63,758 bases of DNA, from positions 3,784,001-3,847,758 of the forward strand of contig CM052816.1 in the NCBI GenBank assembly GCA_028534125.1, read 5' to 3'. The DNA comes from Lama glama. Its lineage: Eukaryota. This document shows positions 1 to 11,100 of the stretch, in pieces; the stretch's first letter is position 1, and every line of letters begins with the position of its first letter. A model generated the notes under the pieces. The model worked only from the letters and a program-made list of their open reading frames with translations. It was not told the origin of the DNA and made no database searches. The position numbers were made by a program, and so were the translations under genes.

Positions 1-187
1 ACATGTACTTGGTAAATTCTTCCTTTGGGTGTTCTCATAATCCAACTTATGTTCCATTTGGTGTTCAACCACCCAAACACTAAATCAATGATTTGAATGG
101 TCATTGGCTCAAAATGCACAAGGTATTACCTTGAACTCATCATATTCCATACTTGTCTGATAATCTTTTTTTTATTCCAAAAATTGT

Positions 188-655
188 GTGTGGGATATTG
201 TGGCTAAGAACCCAACAGCCCGCCTACCAAACAGACCTTATCTACATTGTCAGTGAGGGGTTCAGGGAATGGAGTGTAGGGCAGGGTGCTAAGTCAGTCT
301 GGGCCAGTAATATATGAAGAGAGGATTTCTGGCAGTTCCTAGGAAAGAAACACTGTTCACCTTTAGTGCATCGGGCTGTGTCTATCACTGGACACAAATA
401 AGGAAGAGGTTAGACACAGCCTCTGTTGACAGCCATCTTATAACCTGCAGGGGAACCAGTCTAACGCTGCGGGTGACACGTCCAAAGCCCAGAAGGAACT
501 GAGTCCGTGATGACACTGGAAGTTACCGAATCAACCAAACCTAGTCTGACTCGTCTCAAGGCCACCTGTCACGTGAGCTAACAGGTTTTCTTCATGCTCA
601 AGCCAGCTGAAGTGGGCATATTTGATACTTGCAGCCCAAAGCATCATAACTAACA
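188..655 (+). mobile_element. MLT1-type (ERVL-MaLR) LTR, old
   Basis: 3' end 'gatacttgcagcccaaagcatcataactaaca' and the preceding 'aagccagctgaagtgggc' resemble the recalled MLT1 LTR terminus; boundaries approximate. Confidence 0.6.
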
Positions 656-802
656 AAGATTTAAGTCTTTCTCCATTTACATAGACCTGAGTCCTTGAGG
701 ACAATTTTTAATATTCCCAGGCTTCTATTGATGTAAAAAATGATACCAACATTGCCTGCATCTTTTAGTTCAGCGATTCTTCTTTATTAAACACCCCTGG
801 AA

Positions 803-1021
803 CTGTGGTTCTCAGCCAGCGTGATTCTGCCCCCCCCCCCAAGGAGGCATCTGGCCTCGTTGAGAGTTGTTCTGCTTATCACAGCTGAGGAAGAGGGGCT
901 GTTAGTTTCCAGAGGACAGAGGTGAAGGATGCCTGCTAAACAGCCTACAGTACACAGGACAGCCCTGCAACAATGGCTTACCCATCCCCGAACGGCAGCA
1001 GTGCCCAGGTTCAGAAACTTT
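803..1021 (+). mobile_element. MER20 (hAT-Charlie non-autonomous DNA transposon)
   Basis: 'ctgtggttctcagcc...ggatgcctgctaaacagcctacagtacacaggacagccc...aggttcagaaac' is colinear with the recalled MER20 consensus and with other copies in the window. Confidence 0.85.
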
Positions 1022-1748
1022 CTCTGGAAGGATGCGCAACACGTGGGTAGTTATAGCTGCCTCAGTGGAGGGGGAATGGGTAGCGGAAACAGAAGGGTAT
1101 CAGATGTAAAACATTTACTTTAAAATAAATCATTAAATTAATTAGAAAGTATTTATAAAGGTGGGGACTTTTTAAATAAAAAAATTGGGACACACGTGCC
1201 ATTTTTCTTATTTGAAATCCTATGCATTTCTTTTCCTGCATGACAATACCTTCCTATATCCAGACACCTGTCCTAGGATTACACCAAATGCCCTACTAAT
1301 CTCGCTTCTCAGATGTCTCCCCCTAAAACTCATTTCCCCCACACTAGTTCTTTGCTCAAAAACTTGATGGCTGTGGGGGTCCACCATAACAAGTCCAGGT
1401 ACTTTTCCCGCCCCTCAAATTCTAGCTCCATTCCTGACTGTCCCACAGTATTCCTACCTGACAACGTCGTATGTAATTTAATTTCAAACTCAAGACAAAA
1501 TCTCATTTATTTCATCATCTTTCTCTAATTACCTCAGCTCATGAGCTCTATTTTTTTCCTTTTATCATATTTAGCACCAGAGGATTCAATGAAATAAAAT
1601 AATCTGAAAGTCACTCAGCATCAAGACCTCCTTCACAGATAGTAAAGTCCACAATGGATGTTAAAGGACTCATTTTATTCTGTTTTTCCACTGTCCACAG
1701 AATCTACCACAGTAGTAGGCACAATGGTGTTCAAAATACTTGCTAAGA

Positions 1749-1750
<2 letters not shown>

Positions 1751-1796
<46 letters not shown>
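1751..1796. repeat. (CA)23 microsatellite
   Basis: Perfect CA run read directly. Confidence 0.98.
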
Positions 1797-1799
<3 letters not shown>

Positions 1800-1994
1800 G
1801 CCTGTTGGCTCTCCAACTAAGAAGGCAAAGTTAATTTTAAACAAGAGATAGAGATGTGAAAAAGAGAAGAAAGAAAAATGATCCTTAACACTTGTAACAT
1901 AGATATAACAGATAAATCATCATCTCTATCTATAATTCTCAGAGAACCACGCCACCTGATCTTGAATTTCCAATTATGTTTCATGGGAGGTTAA

Positions 1995-2205
1995 CAAGCA
2001 TTCCAGAGAGAAGAGTTCCATGGTCAACTTAATTTGGAAAATGAGTTAAACATAATGAAATGTACTTCTTTACTGCATAGCATCTCAGAACATGCTGGTG
2101 CTAACATCTAAGTGAGGGGAGAAAGCATGCTTTGTTTTCCAAACATGTATCTCTCAGACATTTTTGAAGGATATTCATCCCTGACATATAGATTTAGAAA
2201 TGCTG
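1995..2205. mobile_element. Degenerate hAT-Charlie element (MER113-like)
   Basis: 'gttccatggtcaacttaatttggaaaatg' and terminal 'tttagaaatgctg' motifs; similar to 62480-62860. Confidence 0.35.
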
Positions 2206-2658
2206 AGCTAGACAAATGCTTCCATTTTCCAAATGAAGAAACTGACACCCACAGGCCACCTTCACCAATGAGTCAGAGAACCAGGAGCCGAAGCCAGTTT
2301 TCCTGCCATGAACTCTGTTCTTATTTCATTTATTTTGTGACCTCAACTCTCTTTCAGCACCTCCCAGTGTTGGACTCTGCCACCCACACATGCACGCTTC
2401 CACTTTCAAATCCTGTGTGACCAGCTGAGCATGCTGACTCCCATTTGCTAGATGGTAAAACTGAGGCCTCAGAGAGGATTAGGGACTTGGTCAGACCCAC
2501 GGCTGCAGTGGGTCATGAAGTTCTTCATGAATCCACATTAACTCTATTCTAATCTACTGCTCTCAGCACATTGCTCTTTCTTCTCACTGTAGAAAGGACT
2601 TGTTGATTAAGGCCGGGTATGGGAAGATATAATCTACTGCCCTGGCATCATGTTAAAA

Positions 2659-2882
2659 CTGGGAGCCCGAGATTTGCAGATACACACCACTAAATATAAA
2701 AGAGATAAACAAGTTTATATTGTATAGCACAGGGAACTATATCAATTATCTTGTAGTAATCTAGAATGAAAAAGAATATGAAAAGGAATATATGTATGCT
2801 CCCGTATGACTGAAGCATCGTGCTGTACACCAGAAACTGACACAACATTGTAAACTGACTATACTTCAATTAAAAACAAAAA
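2659..2882 (+). mobile_element. 5'-truncated L1 3'UTR (young, camelid-type)
   Basis: 'gggagcccgagatttgcagata...tgtatagcacagggaactat...gactatacttcaattaaaa' matches the other L1 3' ends in the window. Confidence 0.9.
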
Positions 2883-3109
2883 CCCACAGAAGTCTCAGAA
2901 TACTATTAAATACTTCACTTCATGGGATACACATTTAAACAAAAATTTATTACCTAGACTAAAGGGGGTATTAAAGCAAGGAGACTTCTGAAGAACTCTC
3001 TGGTCCAGATTCTTCATTTCAGTAAAAGAATCTGACATGCAAAAAGGAGACAAAACTTACAGAGAAAGTGGCAGAGGCAGCTTTTGAACAGGGCACCCGG
3101 GCAGAAGAC

Positions 3110-3280
3110 TGCTTAGCTTTCTCCCCGTACCAGCTGTGTGACCTCAGGCAAGTCGCCTCACCTTGCTGACACGCTTCCTTTCCTAAAAAGTCAGGCTGGT
3201 CCTATCTAGCGCTGAGTGTGAAGATTAAGGGAAACAAAGTAAAAGGCGAGTTAACATGCTCAATAATAGTAGTTATTAAA
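3110..3280 (+). mobile_element. MIR SINE
   Basis: Core 'agctgtgtgacctcaggcaagtc' and tail 'atgctcaataatagtagttatta'. Confidence 0.75.
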
Positions 3281-3302
3281 GTCACTGCTACTGTTATTAC
3301 CT

Positions 3303-3718
3303 TTGTTTCTTCCAAAATATTTTTAAAATTGAAGTATAGTCAATTTACAACGTGTTTCTGGTGTACAGTACAATGATTCTGTTATACAGATACACATATA
3401 TGTCTTTTCATATTCTTTTTCATTATAGCCCATTACAAGCCATAGCACATAGTTGCCTGTGCTATGCAGTAGGACTTTTCTGTTCATCTGTTTTATAAAT
3501 AGTGGTGTGTATCTGCAAATCTTCAACTCCCAATTTATCTCCTCCCACCCCTTATTCCCCCTCGTAGCCATAAGTTTGTTTTCTATGTTGGTAAGTCTAT
3601 TCCTATTTTGTAAATAAGTTCATTTGTGTCATTTTTTTTAAAGATTCCATATTTAAGTGATATTATACAGTATTTTTTCTTTCTCTTTCTGGCTTATTTC
3701 ACTTAGTATGACATCTCC
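3303..3718 (-). mobile_element. L1 3' end (ORF2 C-terminus plus 3'UTR) fused to U6
   Basis: Minus strand reads GGAGATGTCATACTAAGTGAAATAAGCCAGAAAGAG...; matches L1 copies near 16200 and 55930; degenerate A-tail near 3303-3324. Confidence 0.92.
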
Positions 3719-3825
3719 AAAAATACGGAACACTTTGTGAATTTGTGTGTCATCCTTGCACAGGGGCCACACGAACCTTCTCTGTATCCTTCCAACTTTA
3801 GTACCTGTGCTGCCGAAGCGAGCCC
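3719..3825 (-). pseudogene. RNU6: Full-length U6 snRNA retropseudogene (5' part of a U6/L1 chimera)
   Basis: Minus strand GGGCTCGCTTCGGCAGCACAGGTACTAAAGTTGGAAGGATACAGAGAAGG...GTTCCGTATTTTT aligns ungapped to U6 over 107 nt (about 16 mismatches by hand); ACAGAGA box intact, catalytic AGC triad changed to CGT. Confidence 0.96.
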
Positions 3826-4889
3826 TATTATTACCTCGATGTGTATACATGTGGAACTCCTAACTCAGAATAATACTGAAAATTATCATCATCACCATGA
3901 CCTCCTGACGAAACATCCCAGGGTCTGTACTCATGGAGAAACTGTTGTCCTTGTCTAGTGGAGTTACTTTTTCTTTGGCCTTTGAAAAAGCTTCCTTTTA
4001 CCTTTTCTGGCCAAGAGTAAAACCACTGTGACCTTTATTTTTCTTTTGCTAGTTCATCTGCTGCTGCCAACAGGCCAGCACTGAGTTTATTTCAAACTTG
4101 CTGGATACAAAACTCCAGTGTCTTCATGGGCCAAACAACAGTGAGCGGTGACGCCTAGGACTGATGGGACTATACACAGTTACCTGAAAACCTTCAAATT
4201 CAACACAATGAAGACAAAAGGATGGCAAACACTGCCTGTGATGTCCTTGCGTGGGGGCTGAACCGGAGATGCCCAGTAAGGCAGAGCGAGCCATTTTTAC
4301 TTTCCACCCTAGAGAAACGGCCTTTTCTTTTTTCCCCAAACCCTTGAGAGATCCTTCTTCCAGTCCCAAGACAGCTGTCACTACAAGATCGTCCTGTCCC
4401 CAGTCTGTACTGGGTGGTGACAATTCAGAAGCTTCTACTTTCAGTGAATGAACAAAGTGTTTCCTCAGGGCGCCCCCTGGCCTAAGTAACCAGCTCCTTG
4501 TTAACTTGCCACTGAGGGCCTCTCCTCACTTCATGTTTACACACGCATCTTGCTCCTCAAAGAAGAGATTTAATTCAGAAAAATCCCTCTTCCCTGGAGT
4601 ACACCCAGCTGAGCTTTCCAAGCTGCTTCCTGAAGAGATGCTGTTATAATCTCTTAAATCCTTTAACAACGAAATTGCAGTGGAAATGAAGCCAGTCCGC
4701 CCGTCAGACTGACTCCATAGGGTCTACCAGAGTTTGTGGAAATTTTCCTGCTATCACAGAACAACCATTTCAGTGGCCATTTTTTGGCCACTTGTCCTCA
4801 AAGTAAAGCCATAGAAGTAGATTCAGCAACTGGTGCTTCAGCGCACCAAAGAACATCTCTGTGTCTCGCTGGATATGACAGACATTACC

Positions 4890-5065
4890 TACAATAGGAG
4901 CACTTGAGTACTTCACTACGTGTCTGGGCCTTGGTCCAGCCTCTTACTTTTATTATCCTGTTTAATCCTCACAACAAACCCATATGTTAGGTATTATTAT
5001 TACTATCTCTAGTTTGCAGAGAGAGACACTGGTTCAAAAACAGTTAGCAAACTGCCCGAGGTAAA
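4890..5065 (-). mobile_element. MIR SINE
   Basis: 'tttaatcctcacaacaaacccatatgttaggtattattattac...ttgcagagagagacactg'. Confidence 0.75.
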
Positions 5066-5290
5066 GATGTCCAAACTTTAAATGGATTAGACCCACAGCA
5101 CATGCATTCCACAGCAGTGCCATGTTGTCTGAAGTCTCCAGATTAACACTCTAAGTCTAGAGTCTTTTCTCACTGAACTTTTTTTTATAAAATAGACCTG
5201 AAGTCACATGATACTTCAAACTGTGTAGCGCTTAGCAAGGGTTTGGTGAGTGAATGCATGGATTCTCTTGCATTTTTCCTTCGTCTAGAT

Positions 5291-5469
5291 CAGTGGTTGT
5301 TAAAGGGGGCACTTGGCCGACTTTCTCCGAGTGTTATGACCAGTGTATGGGGGGTTGTTACTCACATCTACTGGGTAAAGGCCAGCGATCCTACAGTGCA
5401 CAGAAGAGCCTCTGACAATAAGAATTTTCCAGCCCCAAATGCCAATTAGTGCTGAGGTTGAGAAAGCTG
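5291..5469 (+). mobile_element. MER20, internally deleted
   Basis: 'cagtgg...catctactgggtaaaggccag...aagaattttccagccccaaatgccaattagtgctgaggttgagaaagctg'. Confidence 0.8.
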
Positions 5470-5849
5470 GTTGATGAAGTTAGCCAGGGTTCCGGCTGGT
5501 ATTATAAAAGCAGTTTCTGCCTGGAGAAGTTTCTTACAATCAGATTCTTCCCTGGTTTCTAGATCCATGACCTGGTCTTGCCTTCATCCAGACTTTAGTC
5601 TTTTGTCTCCACCTTGGATACTTGTCTCTATCTTCCTGAATTCACATACCAAGGTGATATGGTCTGCAAGTTCTAATCTTAAGAGATGGGGGACGGGGGA
5701 CTCTGACTCAGCTCTCCTGGTCTGGAATCCTCACTCTGCAGTTGCCCCTGATTTGCTGTGATAATCCGGACAAATCTTTACTTTGAGTCAGTGTGCTGCA
5801 AGGCTGCCAAGCAGAAGTCACGATGTGGGTTATTATTACAAAGAGACGG

Positions 5850-6065
5850 CATAGACAAAAGGCTCAGGCTTGCTCTAAATCAGAGCAGGCGTGCTGGTTG
5901 GGTACCTTATTAGCTTTAAGACAAGTTACTCCATATCTCTGAGGCTCACTTTTCTTTTTCTTATTGGAATATAGGAGTAGTACCCACTTCACTGGGTTGC
6001 TGGGAGCATTATGTGAATTAATATGTGTAATGCATATTACCTGACAGTATATGAAAAAGTACTTA
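5850..6065 (+). mobile_element. MIR SINE
   Basis: 'caagttactccatatctctgaggctcactttt...tgtgaattaatatgtgtaa'. Confidence 0.6.
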
Positions 6066-7039
6066 ATTTTTTTTTTCCTGAAAAGCTTACTGCACTCCTA
6101 TAAGCTGGTTCCAGAAAGTCAAGTTACACTCATATAATGCAGATTAATCATTCTGATAAACTCTTGCATTTAGACGGAGTTTAATATATCCAGCGCAAAT
6201 GAAACCACCTTGAAAGGCAAGCCAGCTATTATATATAGGTGAAACCGTTGTATTAAGGCAAAAAGGAGTGGCAGGGGGTGTGTCAATCTGAGGAATGATA
6301 TACTTTGCCGAAAACATAAAAAAACCCGTGAAATCCTTTGCTCCATCCCCCCCCCCACACACACCCTCCAAACTGGACCTGCTGCCTTACAATTTGTGAA
6401 CTGCTTCCCAAAGTTTCAATAACTTAGTTATAAAAGTGTCCTCTTTGTCATATATAAGCTACATACAGTCATTTGCCTAAGGAAAAGACGTTCAAAATTT
6501 AAGTGGATTTGACCCGGAGAAATCTGCAAAGCTAAATACAACAGAAGTCACCTTTCCAGACACATGATGTGATCCTGTGACCAGTTTCGCATACAGCAAA
6601 TTCTCTCCCTTCCTCTCAATCCTTCTGACACGAACGATTTGGCAATGCATTTTGGAACCTCTGTGAGCACTTTTTAGTGTGGCTTGTATTTAAAGTTTAA
6701 AGTATTTGGGGGATGGGGAGAATGCATGCTTTATACCACCAAGTTTACTGGGGAGGGGAGGAAATAATTTTTTTTCTAACTTTGCCATTAATATTCTGTC
6801 TACTGCTTTGATCAACCCATCTTGAAATATACAATTTTAAAGATTCACTAGCCTTTGAAACCTTTGGCATTTCATTAAAGGCAAATGTTTGCCCTGATGA
6901 TTAAAACCTATTCCTTAACCAGCATATCATGAAAATTCAGCAGAAGCCTAGCATAATGCTAGTCACTTCAAGGAATACAGTATCAAGCTGTATGACATTA
7001 TCTTAGCCCTCGGATAATAGCACGCTGTTGGGGAAAGAG

Positions 7040-7260
7040 ATGAGACTTTAGAAAGATATAGATCTGGTTTAATTTCTGGTTCCCTCATTTGCCAACTCTA
7101 TGACCTTTGGTGGGTTATGTAAGTTCCCTAAGGCTTCATTTCCTTCTATGTAAAATGTGCGTGTCATGATTTGTACTTTATAGGATTGCTATAAAGTAGA
7201 TTAAATGGCATATGCAAGGGGAGTGGAGTCCCTGCCATACTTCAGGGGCTCCATAAATGT
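7040..7260 (+). mobile_element. MIR SINE
   Basis: 'tatgacctttgg...ggcttcatttccttctatgtaaaatg'. Confidence 0.65.
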
Positions 7261-7379
7261 TACATCTCGTTTTCCTTTCCTTGCAATGCCTTCCTCCACT
7301 GCCCTCCATCCAGGCTAGGGACTTCATTTACGATCCCGGCAAGACTAACACATCTTTGAAAAAACGCCTTCCAACAGAA

Positions 7380-8150
7380 ATCCAAGAATCATTATCACTT
7401 CCTCTCTTTCTCTCCCTCTTCTACTCCCAGGGGCTGTCTCAGCAGCACCAGCCAAGCTCCTCCAAAATACGTTTCAAATCTCTCACCTCTCCATCTTCTC
7501 TGCCAGCATCCCATTCAGAGGCGCCGTCATCTCTTGCCCAAACCACTAAGCCGGTCCCTCTGTGATCTCCCTGTTCCCACTGGTGTTCCCTCCTATGGTC
7601 CGTTTGTTTACACACCCGTCATGAACACAATAAATATCCTTTCTCAGCTTAAAAATTTTTCCTGATTCCCAAGCTTCTTCAGGATAAACGCCCAGCATCA
7701 CCTACACAGACGTGCTTGTGGTTGCTGCACTCAGCTTGTCTCTCTCCTTTCCTTCCTCCTCTCGCTGTATTAGCCTTCTTCCTGCCCCTTGCTCACGTCA
7801 AGCTTTCTGCCCTAGAACCTCTGCATTCACATTCCTTTGGTTTGAAACCTCCTGCTCCCTGCTCTTGCCGTGGCTAGCTTCCTTGGGTCTCAGAAATGGC
7901 TTCTCTAACACCAATATCGAAGTTAGACTCTCCTCTGTAATCGGTCACCATCTCAGCACGCTTTGCTTTCCCCATAGCCCTTAAAACAATCGCTACTTAC
8001 TTGTTTTTGTGTTGTTTAGCCTCACCACCACCCCCGCCCCCAACTAGATTATTAATTCTGTGGGAACAAGAAAATATTTATCCTTCGAAAAACTATCCCT
8101 AACTCATAGTATCTTGCCTATCACCCAGGGGATGCTCAATACATCTCTGT
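7380..8150 (+). mobile_element. L2 LINE 3' fragment
   Basis: Pyrimidine-rich L2-like body with 'actagattattaattctgtgggaacaagaa' and 'gatgctcaatacat' 3' motifs. Confidence 0.65.
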
Positions 8151-11100
8151 GGGGAAAGTAAATAGCTGACTGCCATCAAAATGATGCATGACCACCATGC
8201 TGAGAGCAAGGCAACTGGGTAAATACTACACTTCTGCATTTCTGGTTCCACCATGGAGAATGTGGCCGTCGGGATTTGATCTGCACTTTGGAATGTGGTG
8301 AGAAAAAGCAGCAAAGTGTGATGCAGTGTGAGGATCAATGAATACTTGTTAAATGAATCGTGAGTTTAAGGTCCACCCAGGCACAGAAGAATTTACGCTT
8401 CAGGATTCTCATATAAGTATTCAGGGAGGAACAGAAGTCAAATTTCTATTTAAATGATATGGCTTACACACAAAAAGGGAAGACATCCTTTGGAAGACAG
8501 CCAATCTCTGCCACAGGTCTAAAGATGGACAAAGAGAAATGAAACAAAAAACATCTGGTGTACCAATTACCTCCCCTAGAGAGAAAGTTGTAATTCTTAC
8601 TCTCCCTTAAAAAAAAATAATGAATAATAATAGCTTCTACCATTTGAGGATGCCGCATGACCCAGGGACTGAGCTAAGGGCTTTCCATACACTGTTTCTG
8701 CTTTATCTTTAGCTGTACCTACTTTGGGATAATTCGACAACGTGATCTCACAGTTAAGCATATGCACTTTGGAGTCAGGGAGTCTGAAGTTAAAGTCCTG
8801 ACTGCCTGAACAGTTTTGGACAAATTCGAGACCTCTCAGAAGCTTCCCTAAAGACAGAACTGGCAATCATTCGTATTTTGAAGGCATGCTGCATATGCAA
8901 AATAGAGAATGAATTATTCATTTAACGTTCTGCATGGTGCTTGTAAGGTTCCTGACTCCGTGAGCTCACATCATCATTTTACAATTGAGGAAAACCTCGC
9001 TTTGACAGGTTCAGCAATTTGTCTGAGACTCATGTGGTCCCCAAGACTGTGGTTTTTCCAAAACACCTGTTGCCCTTCAGGTGAAATCCATCTTTGGAAA
9101 TGTATCAGAGCTGAAACTGACAGAAAGAGGGAGAAGCAAGAGTGCCAAGTCCAGCAGCCATGTTCCCCCTTTCCCTCCAGCTCTCAGAAGCACCACTCCA
9201 CACACCAAGGCTGGACACAGATATGCGCAGAGTAAGTGATGGATTCTCTGCCATGAGTTCAGGACCTCAGGACACCCTCTTAGAAGATCTTCCCAAAGGC
9301 TCTGACAAAGGGCCAAAAAGTACTGTTTTGAATTCAGAGTCCTCTGGGGTCCTTTGCCATAATGCACACATCCATTGGATTTAATATATGCAACTGTTAG
9401 CGCTTATCTACAGCTTGATTGGAATTAAGTTTCAATTAGGGATTACTTAGAGAAAATTTAAGAATGGAACAGAAGAATCTGAAAAGATGAAGGGATAGTG
9501 CAAACCTTGCAAAACTGGGCTAAGACAAGACATGACAGGAGATGGCAGGCCCCTCTCCCCAAACTCCTTCCTCCCTCCCCCCCGACCTCTTTCCATCAAT
9601 TCAATAATGATTGACTGAGCACCTGTTCTGTGCCATAAATTGTGTCCAAATGTTTAATACAAGGCTAAGCAAACAGAAGTAGCTCAGAGATTTTTTTTTC
9701 GAGTGTTACATGACAGGCAGCACAGGGCAAGGAGAAAGGGAGGTGGCTGAATTCACATTAAGGCTACACTCACCTACCCAGCGCCTGTCCTGTGTAAGAA
9801 ACTGGGAGCAGAGCAACCACAGAGCTGTGGGAGCAGAGGTGAGTGAGTGAAATCGCAGCAAACTCACAGGCAGTGCCTCCACTCAACCACGAAAGGGGCG
9901 TTTCCAAGGACAGGAAGCCCAAGTCATCCTGGCCCCTCATCCTCAAGTACACCAAGATAACGGAGCCAGCAAGGGAAGGTCTCCAAAGAAAGCAACCAAC
10001 ACAAACGCAGAACATACTCAATTCCAATTTCTGCTCCGTGCCACTGGAAACAGTGTCTTTTCACTGCACTTTTTCTCATCTGCTTTTCAAATTCTTCCTT
10101 AAAAACAGAAATAAAGTGCATTTTTCCAAATGACGTTACCATAGCATCCAGTGGAATCACCTCCCACCAATCACTTAGCTGATCCTACTCAGTGTCTGTT
10201 TTTGCCAGTGTAGTATCCTCAAGACCCTGGAGCTATGAGGAAGCCGAGAAAGATTTATTAACCAAGACGCCTTCTGAAAGCACACCAGAACCGGCCTGGA
10301 GAAGCTCATCAGCAAGGGGAAATGTATCACCTCTCCTGTAGTTAACTCTTACAGGGAGGGAAGTCAGGGTACCTCTTCAGGTCTAGACTGGTGAGATGCA
10401 AGGCGGTCTGCAAAAGCAGAATCTCTCTTCCAGCAGAGCGGAAGAGCCCTTGTTTCTCTTTCTGCTCACTTGGGAATCCCGAATAGGTAGAAACATTTTC
10501 TTGTTTTCGTCATGGTGCCAAGAACTTTATATACAGGACTGGGGCAGGACTAGTTAAGGCAGCGCTCCTAAATATTTCACCCTGAACGTCAGCCAATCAT
10601 AGGAAGTATTTAGAAGACAGCAAAAATAAGCTTTCCACTGGGCACAAAGATGCCATTGATGTAAAATTCCAGAGTAAGGTATCACATCAAAATATGCAGA
10701 ACTGACATGGGAAACATCTAAGAGCATCCTTACTAGTTTCAAGAAGATGGGAAGGTGAAGGGATTTGTGAATATATATTTTTGGAGGGGCGGGGGCTGCT
10801 CCTTTCTAACCTTAAGCCCAATGAGAAGAGGCTCCAACGAATCCACCCTGAGATCTTGACCTGTGTTCCTATCACTGACATCACAGACTTCCCAGCACGG
10901 AACCCCATGGGAATGGCAAGTATTGCAAGCAGGAGAGGGCTGCTAACTCAGAAAGAGCGTGTGTGGTCTCAGAGTTTGCCAGGGAGGGGATGTACGACTG
11001 TTTTTCACAAAACAGAGGTGGACCAAGTGGTAAAGGGAGCTGTGCAGGAGACATCAGAGGTTCCACCAAGGGGACTTCCTGGAAGTCAAGAAGATTATGT

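Noticed and set aside
2513..2530. Perfect 8-bp hairpin tcatgaag-tt-cttcatga
   Set aside because: Short, isolated and compatible with chance
3719..3825. Functional U6 gene
   Set aside because: About 15% diverged, AGC triad lost, no evident PSE/TATA upstream, fused to L1 within a TSD
4468..4486. CTCF-like motif (minus strand CCAGGGGGCGC); similar at about 13720-13733
   Set aside because: Both lack the conserved 5' CC of the core motif; unsupported without ChIP data
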